Source: Lama guanicoe (Eukaryota). Taken from it: 64,000 bases of DNA. Below are positions 49,553 to 61,740 of this stretch, one piece after another (position 1 is the stretch's first letter; every line of letters begins with the position of its first letter). Made by a program: the position numbers and the translations under genes. The DNA lies in NCBI GenBank assembly GCA_013239625.1, contig MU054391.1:3625130-3689129 (forward strand), written 5' to 3'. Under the pieces are notes generated by a model. That model was given only the letters and a program-made list of their open reading frames with translations, had not been told where the DNA came from and did not search any database.

Positions 49553-50669
49553 TTTCCTAACACTAACCCTAACGCTCACTTTAGACGAAGCGCTTTCCTG
49601 ATGGAAATAGACCAGGGCTGCTGTCAGATTATTCAGAGACAGAGGGGAAACTCCTTAGTGAAAGTTCTGACTACAGAAAATGTTGAAAGAAATATTCTTT
49701 CACGGCTTCAAAGAGCACACATTGGTTAATTGCTTTTTTTTTCTTTTTTTAACAATCTCAGAATAGAAGATTTGGGTATGCTTTTTTTTTCAGTCAAGAC
49801 TCAGAAAACAATCTTCCCTACCTCGAAGATGAGCGCAGAATGGATCACATTTGTAAGAGCTTACAGACCAGCTTCAGCCAGAAGTGACATTTGAGAGCTC
49901 CCTCAAATGCCTTATTATTCTAAAGAAACGGGACACACCCTCAGCTATGGCGGAATAAACACAGCCACTGAGGTCGTGCACGTTAATAAAAATGTTGGAG
50001 ACATCACAGGAAGGTTTATGATGTGTTTTGTAAACCAAGGTATGTCGGTGATTGGTCAGTAATTACAAGATTTGGACGTTGCTGAGTCCATTAGCCATAC
50101 TCTGGGAGCTGGGGCGGGGAGGATTTAAGAGCAAATAAACCAGGACACATGAAAGCTCCACCATGTGTCTTAATGCCAGAGCTGAGATCACAAACCTCAG
50201 AGGGAGGAAAGCATATGCGTACATGTACCTGTGCATAAATATAGAAATGCTGACCCCATCCATTGTATTATAAAGAGCCCGAGGGAAAGAACTGGGCAAC
50301 GTTTCTATTTTTGTGTCTGCTACTAGCAAATCCTCCAACCCTGAGCAGAGCAGGACTATCTCTGGGCCTCATTTTCCACAACAATTAAGGAAAGAGATGG
50401 AGTTCTCTGATCACCAAGGTCTTTCTTTGAAAATGTTTCTGACCCCAGGGCTGTATTTAGAATTCCTGAAGCAAGAAATTAGCCACTTTTAAAGACTTTC
50501 TCCTTTGACCTAGAAACGTTCCACATGGTCCTTTGTTCTCCCATTAGAGCAGAGATTTAAATAAAAATGAAAGGAAACACCGTTGCTTATCCAGGCACAG
50601 TATGGGGGGGGACGATTATTTCCGCAGAAAGAACAGCTCCCTCCTCAGTGTTTAAAATTAGCCCGTCTC

Positions 50670-50682
50670 CGCCCTCTAGTGG
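50670..50682 (-). promoter_or_regulatory. Candidate CTCF site
   Basis: Minus strand CCACTAGAGGGCG, exact match to the CCASYAGRKGGCR core. Confidence 0.6.
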
Positions 50683-51099
50683 AAATATCATGTATTTGCT
50701 CCAAAGGGAATTGACTTAGGTCTTCATCAAACAAAATAGAAAAAGAGTTAGCATGACTGAGCCACAACCTGGGATCAAGCCAAGCGCCATGTGGCACAGG
50801 GTCTCCACACAGATGTCTTAAATATTTCACTTGTTAAAAAAAATTTCAAAATTAACAATGAAAACCTCCAAAGTAGATTTAGACGCATCAGGGCCTGCAG
50901 ATGAAATACGCAGGTCCAAATTAACGTCCTGTATTTAATTCATGCTCGCAAGAATGTTAAAGTCAGATCATTGATGGAAATTCTTGAGTCCAGGCAGTCA
51001 CTGAGCAGGACAAGGACACAGTGCTAAGCGAGGGGAGCTACTAGACAGATTGCTTTGGCAAGAAATGTCCATTTCAATTCAGTTTAACATTTAGACACA

Positions 51100-51182
51100 T
51101 TTATTTTTTTATTGAGGTGTAGTCGGTGTATAATGTTGCATTAATTTCTGGTGTATAGCATAGTGATTCAGTTATCCATATA

Positions 51183-51231
<49 letters not shown>

Positions 51232-51693
51232 TTTCATATTATTTTTCTTCATAGGCTATTACAAGGTATTGAGTACAGTTTCCTGTGCTGTACAATAGGA
51301 ACTTACCATCAATTTTGCATATAATAGTATCTCCAAATCCCAAACTCCCAGTTTATCCCTCCACCCCACCCCTGTCCCTCCCTGGTAACTGCAGTTTTGT
51401 TTTCTATGTCTGTGAGTCTGTTTCTGTTTTGCAAATAAGTTCATTTTTGTCATTTTTCTAGATTCCACATATAAGTGATGTCATATAATAATTTTTCTTT
51501 CTCCTTCTGGCGTACTTCACTTAGTTTGACAATCTCCAGGTCCACCCATGTTGCTGCAAATAGCATTATTTTATTCTTTTTTATGGCTGAGTAGTATTCC
51601 ATTGTATGTATCATACACATACCACAACTTCTTTATCGAATCATCTGTCAATGGACATTTAGGTTGTTTCCATCTCTTGGCTATTGTAATAGT
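51100..51693 (-). mobile_element. LINE-1 3' fragment with internal (TA)n (51190-51229)
   Basis: Minus-strand TIAKRWKQPKCPLTDDSIKKLWY (ORF2 C-terminus) plus 3' UTR and poly-A. Confidence 0.92.
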
Positions 51694-52241
51694 AGACATG
51701 TATTTTATGTGAGTATCTTCTGATTCCATCCCCTTGAAACATTTCTCAAAACCGCAGGCAAAGTAAACACCTACTCCAGCCACAGAAAGTCCGGAGATGA
51801 TGGTGTGTGTGCATGTCCCCTCTCTGCCTGGGTGGTGAGCTCTTAAAGGGAGCGTCTTCTCTTCTTACGTTTGAAGAGGAATCAAGTGTGCTGGGGGCTA
51901 TGACACAGCTGGAGGGACTGTGACTTCAATGTCACTCACATTCAATTGTGTAAAAATTATTGTGCTAAAAATTTGTGAGGCTTTTGTGGGGTTTATTTTG
52001 TTTGTTTTTTAGGTAAAGTCAAATAACTGTGCTGGCTGAATTCAGCCTGCTAGCCTATCCAGCCACAGCCATTTGGTGCTGGGAGGGGTGAGAGGTTCTC
52101 CCCAGGGAAGATTTGCAGTTAGGTCTGCGCTGCAAAGAATGAACCAGGTACAGGGAAGATCATCACGGAGGTCGGCTGGGGTCCACAGCGATGATCCGGG
52201 AGAACAGAGCTTCACTCAGTGAGATCAAAAGCTACACACAG

Positions 52242-52385
52242 GAAGGGAGGGTGTAGCTCAGTGTAGAGCAGGTGCTTAGCACACATGAGGTCCTGAGTTC
52301 AATCCCCAGTACCTTCGTATAAATAAATAAATACTTAATTACCCCCTCCCACCAAGACAAAAGCTTTAAAAAAAGAAAATTTTTA
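52242..52385 (+). mobile_element. tRNA-derived SINE (camelid vic-1-like) with 15-bp TSD
   Basis: A-box tagctcagtg, B-box gagttcaatcc, A-rich tail; TSD aaaagctacacacag at 52227-52241 and 52386-52400. Confidence 0.9.
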
Positions 52386-52509
52386 AAAAGCTACACACAG
52401 AGTTTGTAATCTTTCACACCAATCACGAGCCACCGCTAAGTGTTACTAGAATCTGAAGACAGCACCTTACCTGGAAGGTGCAAATAAAAGAAACAAATAA
52501 AAATCCCCC

Positions 52510-55461
52510 ACTCAAAACCTATGGGACACAGCAAAGGCAGTGCTAAGAGGGAAGTTTATAGCGATACAGGCCTCCCTCAAAAAAGAAGAACAATTTCAAA
52601 TAAACAAGTTAACCCACCACCTGAATGAATTAGAAAAAGAAAAACAAAAAGCCCCAAAAAGCAGCAGAAGGAAGGAAATAATAAAGATCAGAGAGGAATT
52701 AAATACAATAGAGATTAACAAGACCATAGAAAAAATCAACCAAACCAAAAGCTGGTTTTTTGAAAAAGTAAATAAAATCGACAAACCTCTGGCCAAACTC
52801 ACAAAGAAGAAAAAAGAGAGAGCACAAATTAGCAAAATAAGAAAGGAAAATGGAGAAATTACAACAAACAAAATAGAAATACAGAATATCATACGAGAAT
52901 ATTATGAAAAACTATATGGAACCAAACTGGATAACCTAGAGGAGATGGACAAGTTTCTGGAAACATACTGTCCACCAAAACTGAATCAAGAAGAAACTGA
53001 ACACTTGAACAATCCGATCACTAGAAAGGAAATAGAAATAGCAATTAAAAACCTCCCTACAAATAAAAGTCCAGGACCGGATGGCTTCACCGGGGAATTC
53101 TACCAAACATACAAAGAAGAACTCATACCAGTCCTTCTCAAACTCTTCCAGACGATTGAAAAGGAGGGAATACTCCCAAACTCATTCTATGAAGCCACCA
53201 TCACCCTGATACCAAAACCAGGCAAAGACACTACAAAAAAAGAGAATTATAGGCCAATATCACTGATGAACATAGACGCCAAAATCCTCACCAAAATTTT
53301 AGCAAATAGAATCCAACAACACATAAAAAAGATTATACATCATGACCAAGTGGGGTTCATCCCAGGGACACAAGGCTGGTTCAACATACGCAAATCAATC
53401 AATGTAATACATCACATCAACAAGAGAAAGGACAAAAACCACATGATCATCTCAATCGATGCAGAAAAAGCATTTGATAAAATTCAACACCCATTTATGA
53501 TAAAAACTCTCGCCAAAGTGGGTATAGAGGGAACATATCTCAACATAATAAAAGCTATATATGACAAACCTATAGCCAGCATAGTTCTCAACGGTGAAAA
53601 ACTCAAAAGCTTCCCACTAAAATCTGGGACAAGACAAGGATGCCCACTATCACCACTCCTATTCAATATAGTCCTGGAAGTCCTAGCCACAGCAATCAGG
53701 CAAGAGAAAGAAATAAAAGGGATCCAAATTGGAAAAGAAGAGGTAAAAGTGTCATTATATGCTGACGACATGTTACTATATATAGAAAACCCTAAAAGGT
53801 CCACACAAAAGCTACTAGAGCTGATTGAAGAATTCAGCAAGGTAGCAGGTTACAAAATTAATGTTCAAAAATCAGTTGCATTTCTTTACACTAACGATAA
53901 ATCAACAGAAAAAGAAAGTAAAGAAACAATCCCCTTTAAAATAGCACCCAAAGTAATAAAATATCTGGGAATAAATCTAACCAAGGAGGTGAAAGAATTA
54001 TACACAGAAAACTATAAACCATTGATGAAGGAAATTAAAGAAGACTTTAAAAAATGGAAAGATATTCCATGCTCTTGGATTGGAAGAATCAATATTGTTA
54101 AAATGGTCACACTGCCCAAGGCAATCTACAGATTTAATGCAATCCCTATCCAATTACCCAGGACATATTTCACAGAACTAGAACAAATCATAATAAAATT
54201 TATATGGAACCATCAAAGACCTAGAATTGCTAAAGCATTACTGAAGAGAAAGAAAGAGGCTGGAGGAATAACTCTCCCAGACTTCAGACAATACTATAGA
54301 GCTACAGTCATCAAGACAGCATGGTATTGGTACCAAAACAGACATATAGACCAATGGAACAGAATAGAGAGCCCAGAAATGAACCCACAAACTTTTGGTC
54401 AACTCATCTTCGACAAAGGAGGCAAGAATATACAATGGAATAAAGACAGTCTCTTCAGCAAATGGTGTTGGGAAAACTGGACAGCAGCATGTAAAACAAT
54501 GAAGCTAGAACACACCCTTACACCATATACAAAAATCAACTCAAAATGGATTAAAGACTTAAACATAAGACAAGATACAATAAACCTCCTAGAGGAAAAC
54601 ATAGGCAAAACATTATCTGACATACATTTCAAAAATTTTCTCCTAGAAGAAATAAAAGCAAGAATAAACAAATGGGACCTAATGAAACTTACAAGCTTCT
54701 GCAGAGCAAAGGAAACCAGAAATAAAACAAGAAGAAAACCTACGGAATGGGAGAAAATTTTTGCAAGTGAAACCGACAAAGGCTTGATCTCCAAAATATA
54801 TAAGCAGCTCATACGACTCAATAAGAAAAAAATAAACAACCCAATCCAAAAATGGGCAGAAGACCTAAACAAGCAATTCTCCAAGGAAGACATACAAATG
54901 ATCAAAAAGCACATGAAAAAATGCTCAATATCACTAATTATCAGAGAAATGCAAATCAAAACTACAATGAGGTATCACCTCACACCAGTCAGAATGGCCG
55001 TCATTCAAAAATCCACAAATGACAAATGCTGGAGAGGCTGTGGAGAAAGGGGAACCCTCCTACACTGCTGGTGGGAATGCAGTTTGGTGCAGCCACTGTG
55101 GAAAACAGTGTGGAGATTCCTCAAAAGACTAGGAATAGACTTACCATATGACCCAGGAATCCCACTCCTGGGCTTGTATCCAGAAGGAAATCTACTTCAG
55201 GATGACACCTGCACCCCAATGTTCATAGCAGCACTATTTACAATAGCCAAAACATGGAAACAGCCTAAATGTCCATCAACAGGTGACTGGATAAAGAAGT
55301 AGTGGTATATTTATACAATGGAATACTACTCAGCCATAAAAACCGACAACATAATGCCATTTGCAGCAACATGGATGCTCTTAGAGAATGTCATTCTAAG
55401 TGAAGTAAGCCAGAAAGAGAAAGAAACATACCATATGAGATCGCTCATATGTGGAATCTAA
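52510..55461 (+). pseudogene. LINE-1 ORF2p fragment: RT and C-terminal CCHC, no endonuclease domain, one in-frame TAG at 55300-55302
   Basis: Open from [45 protein letters not shown] (53758-53769), [18 protein letters not shown] (55027-55080); after the TAG the same frame continues WYIYTMEYYSAIK...SLICGI to a stop at 55459-55461. Confidence 0.97.
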
Positions 55462-55791
55462 AAAACAAAAACAAAAACAAACAAACAAACAAAAACAAAG
55501 CATAAATACAGGACAGAAATAGACTCAAGGACAGAGAATACAGACTTGTGGTTACCAGGGGGGTGGAGGGTGGGAAGGGATAGACTGGGATTTCAAAATT
55601 GTAGAATAGATAAACAAGATTACACTGTATAGCACAGGGAAATATACACAAAATGTTATGATAAATCACAGAGAAAAAAATGTGACAATGAGTGTGTATA
55701 TGTCCATGAATGCTGAAAAATTGTGCTGAACACTGGAATTTGACACAACATTGTAAAATGATTATAAATCAATAAAAAATGTTAAAAAAAA
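52510..55791 (+). mobile_element. Young 5'-truncated LINE-1 (~3.3 kb) with 11-bp TSD
   Basis: ORF2, 3' UTR, AATAAA and A-tail; TSD aaaaatccccc at 52499-52509 and 55787-55797, in a T/AAAA endonuclease-type context. Confidence 0.98.
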
Positions 55792-55797
55792 TCCCCC

Positions 55798-57290
55798 TTA
55801 GAGAAAATGAAGACTTTGCAAGAAGAACTTTAAACAAAGCCATTGTTGAAGTCTCAGAAAAATAAGTGAAGATATTGCATCCCAGGAAAAAGCAAAGATA
55901 CTATTTTTAAAAATGTGTAGGTAACAAGACAAAGAAAAGAGGAAAGAAAAAGGGAGGTAGAAAGAGAAGCTTAGAAACTTGATAGCAGAAATGAAAATCT
56001 TAGTAGAAGAGTTTAAACACAAAGTTGAAAAAATATTATAAAATGTAGTAAAGGTATATAAATAGATAGGAAATATGTGAGAATGGCCATCATTAAAACG
56101 TCCACAAATGACAAATCCTGGAGAGGATGTAGCGAAAAGGGAACCCTTGTAACTGTTGGTGGGAATGTAGTTTGATGCAGCCACTATGGAAAACAGTATG
56201 GGGGTTCCTTAAAAAACTGAAAATAGATTTACCATATGATCCAGCAATCCCATTCCTGCGCATATATCTGAGGAAAGTTCTAATTCAAAAAGATACCTGC
56301 ACCCCCATGTTCAGAGCATCACTATGTACAGTAGCCAAGACATGGAAGCAACCTAAATGCCCATTAACAGATGACCGGATAAAGAATATGTGGTATGTAT
56401 ATGTGTGTATACACACACATTATATATATATAACATTATAATATATATAATTATAATATATAACATTATAATATTATATAATAATAATAACATTATAATA
56501 TATATAATACATACATTATATATGTAATGGAATATTATTTAGCCATTAAAAAGTGAAATAATGCCATCTGTAACAACATGGATGGGCCTGAGATTGTCAT
56601 ACTAAGTGAAGTAAGCCAGAAAGAAGAAGAAAAATACCATATGAGATCGCTCATATGTGGAATCTAAAAAAAATGGCACAGATGAACTTATTTACAAAAC
56701 AGAACCAGACTCACAGACAGAAAACAAACTTACAGTTACCAGTGGAGGGAGGGGGGAGATAAATTGGGAGTTCAGGATTTGCAAATACTAACTACAATAG
56801 ACAAAAAAGATACACAACAAGGTTCTACTGTGTATCACAGGGAACGATACTGAGTACCTTGTAATAGCCTATAATGAAAAAGAATGATACAGCTAGTGAC
56901 AAAGGATATATATTTGTAACTGAATCACTGTGCCGTATACCAGAAATTAACACAGCACTGTAAAACAACTATACTTCAGTAAAAAAGAACACAAAACAAA
57001 ACAAAGAAGTAATGTGTGAGAGGAAAGCTAAGGAAATTAGGAAACCAGTTTAATGTGTCCAACATCGGAATAATAGACAACATAGAAAAAGAGAAAAGAA
57101 AAAAGTGAGCAGTAGAGTTCATCCAGGAAACAACCCAAGAAAATTGTAACAGTGCAAGGACCTGAGTTTCCAAACTCAAAGGACCCACCAAGGATCCAGC
57201 AAAAACGGATGGAAACAGACCCCCAAATTACACTGTTGTGAAATTCAGAAACTGGTAGGCAGATGGAAGACTGTTTGCTTCCTAAGGGAA
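55798..57290 (+). mobile_element. HAL1-like (L1 ORF1-related) remnant split by L1 insertions
   Basis: gaagatattgcatcc...gatagcagaaatgaaaa...aaagttga (55798-56080) resumes as gtccaacatc...caagaaaatt...aaggacctgagtttcca...ttgtgaaattcagaa (57022-57290). Confidence 0.75.
56083..57010 (+). mobile_element. Older LINE-1 3' fragment
   Basis: [25 protein letters not shown]...[10 protein letters not shown] plus 3' UTR; near-perfect TSD aatatgtgaga (56072-56082) / aatgtgtgaga (57011-57021). Confidence 0.92.
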
Positions 57291-58646
57291 AAAGTGAAGT
57301 GTGAGATGGCGAGGTACATGCCCCGCCATTTCCGGTCCCTAAGCTTTGCCCTGGAACCAAGAGCAGCAGTTCGGAGATGGGGAGGACAGCACCCCTCCCT
57401 GCATTTTGAGTGACTCTGAGCCAGCTTGGAGCCAGGTCAAGCCAGAATAAACGTGCCTGGGCAGCATGATGAGGAAAGGAGGTCTTGACATCTGCTTTCT
57501 TGATTGTTCTCAGTTCCCTGACACTTGAACATGCCCTAAGAGTGTGTGGACCCCAGGGGTGGACGTGGTACTGGGGCTGGCCTCGAAAAGGACAGTGGGC
57601 GGGGCTGGATGGAAGACAAAGACTCGAGAGATCCGAGCACCAAGGAGACCCAAGTTGGTCAGAAATGTCCACAAAAAACAGACTGGAACTGGCTACACAG
57701 GCAGGCAGTCCATGCCCAGTCAGAGGGAACAATGTGACCGCAGACCCTCCTCCCCTCCTCACCAGGGATGCTTAAATGACACTTTTGGCCCCAGGCACCC
57801 AGATGGCATCCTGGGGAGAGGCCAGTCAGCGTGGACCTTTGAAGGCTGAGAAATCTGAAACCCTGAGCTTCTCTCTAAAAAAAAGAGCATGCATTGCCTT
57901 AAGGGCCTGTTAAAAGATCAAATTATACTAAGTTTTAAATCGGGTAGGACTGAATATTTTTATGTCTACTAACCAGTTATGCTGCTCATGAGAAAGACCA
58001 GATTATTTATAAACAACACAAAGGGACATTACAGCTGTAGGCTGAAAGCATTTCATGAAATGGCTGCACTTTTAAAGTGAAGGGGGAAAAAAAAAGGCCG
58101 GCACCCATTTCTCCTCTTCCTGTTCATACTAAGAAAATTCAGTATATGAACAAAGCTGTATTTACAGAAGCCTGAAGATTAAATAAATTTGCTAGTGGTT
58201 ATATACTCCAACATGAAGCACTGCTTAGTGTCTGGCTCCGGGGTTCAGAATTTAAAGAAAAACAGCTTGAAAATGAAGACCACCAAAGGCATAAAACATT
58301 CTTGACTGTCTGCGCATCCAAAGCCACCCTGCAGTTCTAAGAGGAGTTTGCGTTCTCAGTCCGCCGACCTTGTGTGTGGTTCAAAGGGGCTGAAGCACTG
58401 GGCTGCGCACCGGGAACTGACACAACATTGTAGACTGACTGTACTTCAATTTAAAAGTAGGGGGTGGGGTGCATTTTGCTTTATCTTCATTTTTTGCTGA
58501 AATTTAAGTCACTGGCCATCACTGAGAGAAAAGCGATTCTAGTAATTCACACCTTCCTAGGTGCATTCTGCTTAGCGTTTCATTAAAAGGATTGACCCTA
58601 ATGTACTTAATCAGGACATATTCTACACAAGCACACATTATACACA

Positions 58647-61047
58647 CAGGCACACCTTAGAGATATTGTGGGTTTGGTTCCAGAACACCTCAATAAAGCA
58701 GATATCACCATAAAGCCAGTCACATGAAGTTTGCAGTTTCCCAGTGGTATAAAAAGTGTGCTTACACTATATTGTCGTTTGTTGAAAGTGCATTATATTT
58801 TGAAAAACAATATACTGACCTTAATTTAAAAGAAGTTCATTGCTAAAAAATAGAAACACTCACCCTCACCTGAGCCTTCAGTGAGTCTAATCTTTTTGCT
58901 GGTGGAGGGTCTGTTGATGGCTGCTGACTGATCAGGGTGGTAGTTGCTGGAAGCTGGGAGGCTGCGCAAGTTGCTTAAAATGAGACAAGAATGAAGTCTG
59001 CCGCATGGATTGAGTCTTCCTTTCACAGAGGACATCTCTGCAGCAGGCAGCGCTGTTTGACAGTGTTACACTCACCGCAGAACTTCTTTCAAAATTGGAG
59101 TCCATCCTCTCAAACGCTGCTGCTGCTGTATCAGCTAAGTTCATGTCACATTCCAAACGCTTTGTTATCATTTCAACCCTCTTCACAGCCTCTTCACCAG
59201 GAGGAGACTGCATCTCAGAACAGCACTTTCTTGGCTCATCCATCAGAAGCAACTCCTCATCCATTCAAGCTGCACCATGAGATGCAGCAATTCAGTCCCG
59301 TCCTCAGGCTCCACTTGTAATTCTAGTTTTCTTGCTGTTTCCACCACATGTGCAGTTACTTCCTCCACTGAAGTCTTGAACCCCCTCAAAGTCACCCAGG
59401 AGAGTTGAGATCAGCTGCTTCCAAACTTCTGTGAATGTGGATATTTTGCCACTTCCCTTTGCTCAATAACGTTCTTAACGGCATCGAGAATGGTGAGGTC
59501 TTTCCACAAGGTTTTCAGCTGACTGTGCCCACATCCAGCAGAGGAATCACTGTCTATGGCAGTATAACCTTATAAAATATATTTCTTAAATAATAAGACT
59601 TGAAAGTCAAAATTACTTCTTGATCCATGGATTGCTGAATATGAAAAGGAATATATATGTGTATGTATGTATGTGTATATGTATGTTTGTGGAAGCTGTG
59701 GCAGCAGGCATGACAACAGCATTCATCTCATTGTCCATCTACATCAGAGATCTTGGATGATCAGGTTTATTGTCAGTGAGCAGTAATATTTTGAAAGAAT
59801 TTTCTTCCTGAGCAATAGGTCTCAACAGTGGGCTTAGAATACCCAGTACACAGGCTTTGTCGTCCCATTTCTAGAACACAAGCAGAACAGATTTAGCATC
59901 CTTCTAAAGGGCCCTAGGATTTTCAGATGGTAAATGAGCATTGGCTTTGACTTCAAGTCATCAGATGCATTAGCTCCTAACAAGAGAGTCAGCCTGTCCT
60001 GTGAAGCTTTGGAGCCAGGCATTGACGTCTCCTCTCCAGCTATGATATGACAGCCCTAGATGGCATCTTCTACCAACAGAAGGCTGTTTCATCTACTTCG
60101 AAAATCTGCTGTTCAGTGTCGCCACCTTCATGGATGCTCTGAGCTGCATCATCTGGAGAACTTGCTCCCGCTTCTGCATCAGCACGTGCCGCTTCACCTG
60201 CACTTTTATGTCATGGAGACGGCTTCCTTCCTTCAACCTCGGGACCCAACCTCTGCCGGCTTCACACTTTTCTTCTCCAGCTTCCCCACCTCTCTCAGCC
60301 TTCATAGAATTGAAGAGAGCTGCGGCTTTGCTCTGGATGACATTTGGTTTAAAGAAATGTGGTGGCTGGTTTGATCTTCTATCCAAACCGCCCAGACTTC
60401 CTCCACATCAGCAATAAGACTGTTTAACTCTTTTATCATTTGTGTGTTCACTGGAGCAGCAGATTTAACCTCCTTCAAGAACTTTGTTTTTGCATCCATA
60501 ACTTGGCTGTTTGGTGCAAAAGGCCTAGTTGTCAACCCGTCTAGCCTTCTGGCACACCTTCCTCACCAAGCTTAATCATGCCTAGCTTTTGATTTAAAAT
60601 GAAGATAATGTGACTCTTCCTTTAATTTGAACACTTAGAGGCCACGGTAGGGCTATTAATCAGCCTAATTTCAATATTCTGGTGTCTCCGGGAATCAGGA
60701 GGCCCAAGGTGATGGAGAGAAACGGGGAACAGCTAGCTGGTGGAGCAGTCAGAACACACAGGACATCCGTTGATTAAGTTCACTGTCTGACGTGGGTGTG
60801 GCTCATGGCACTCCAAAACAGTTACAGTGGTAACACCAAAGATCACTGATCACAGAACATTAGAACAAATAGCATAACAATGAAAAAGCTTGAAATACTG
60901 AGAGATTTACCAAAATGTGACACAGAGACATGAAGTGAGCAAATGTTGGAAAAATGGCGCCAACACACATGCTCAATGTAGGGTTGCCACAAACTTCCAG
61001 TTTGTAGACACGGTATCTCTGAAGGGCAATAAAGCAAGGTCTGCCTG
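58647..61047 (-). mobile_element. Tigger1 (pogo-like Tc1/mariner) DNA transposon, near full length, decayed transposase
   Basis: TIRs caggcacacct (58647) and aggtctgcctg (61047); minus-strand peptides [65 protein letters not shown] and DSNFERSSAV; start codon decayed to GTG at 60645. Confidence 0.95.
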
Positions 61048-61329
61048 CATATAAATATATTCCAGTTACTCGAAGTACACTATGCAGATATGATAAAACA
61101 CTTCTACGTGTATCTCTGATCATTTCCTTGGTATATATTCCAAAAAGAGCTCAGGGTGGAAACATCTTTAAGATGCTTTACAATTGCTGTTAGAAGAGAG
61201 AAGTTTCATGGAGAGAAGAGTTAGTGAAAAAGGAGATTGGTGTAGAAAACAAACCAACAAACCAACCAACCCAGACACCTGCCACCAAGAGGAGAAGAAA
61301 ACAGGGAAGGAAGAAATTGAGGCTGTGCG

Positions 61330-61740
61330 TGTCAGCTGTGCCTGCATCATGGCAGTTTCCCCAGGTGGACACGTCCTCCAGTGGAACACTGACATTTTCA
61401 TTCCTAGTCCTTATCTTTCATAAGTGAAGGTCGTCTCCATTCATCCTGCTGCTTCTCCATCTACACAGTGTCACCCTAGTCTCTTGGTCCCCAAATGCCT
61501 CACCACCACCACTGAATACCAAGCAGTGTGAAGGGTTAAAGGGGGAGGGGGACACCCTTCCCCCTTGACGTTCCTGACGTCACTTCTGCTCACACATGAC
61601 CTGAAGAGCCTGTAAGTGGCCACTGGGTCCCTCCAGCTACAAGGGAGCCTTGGAAATGTCATTCCCGGCAGCCCTGGTTGAGCTCAAAGCTCCTTTACTG
61701 TGGAGGAGAGGAAGAACCACCACCAGGGACACTGAAGGTC
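61330..61740 (-). mobile_element. MaLR LTR remnant (MLT1J-like)
   Basis: tcacttctgctcacac...cagctacaagggagccttggaaatgt. Confidence 0.5.

Noticed and set aside
52245..52316. Possible tRNA-Ala gene
   Set aside because: Acceptor stem is imperfect, there is no adjacent T-run terminator, and the A-rich tail plus TSD show it is a SINE
52596..54959. Hydrophobic minus-strand ORFs (98-186 aa)
   Set aside because: Antisense shadows of the A-rich L1 ORF2
57037..57762. 241-aa minus-strand ORF
   Set aside because: Partly antisense to the HAL1 remnant, no ATG start, no recognisable homology
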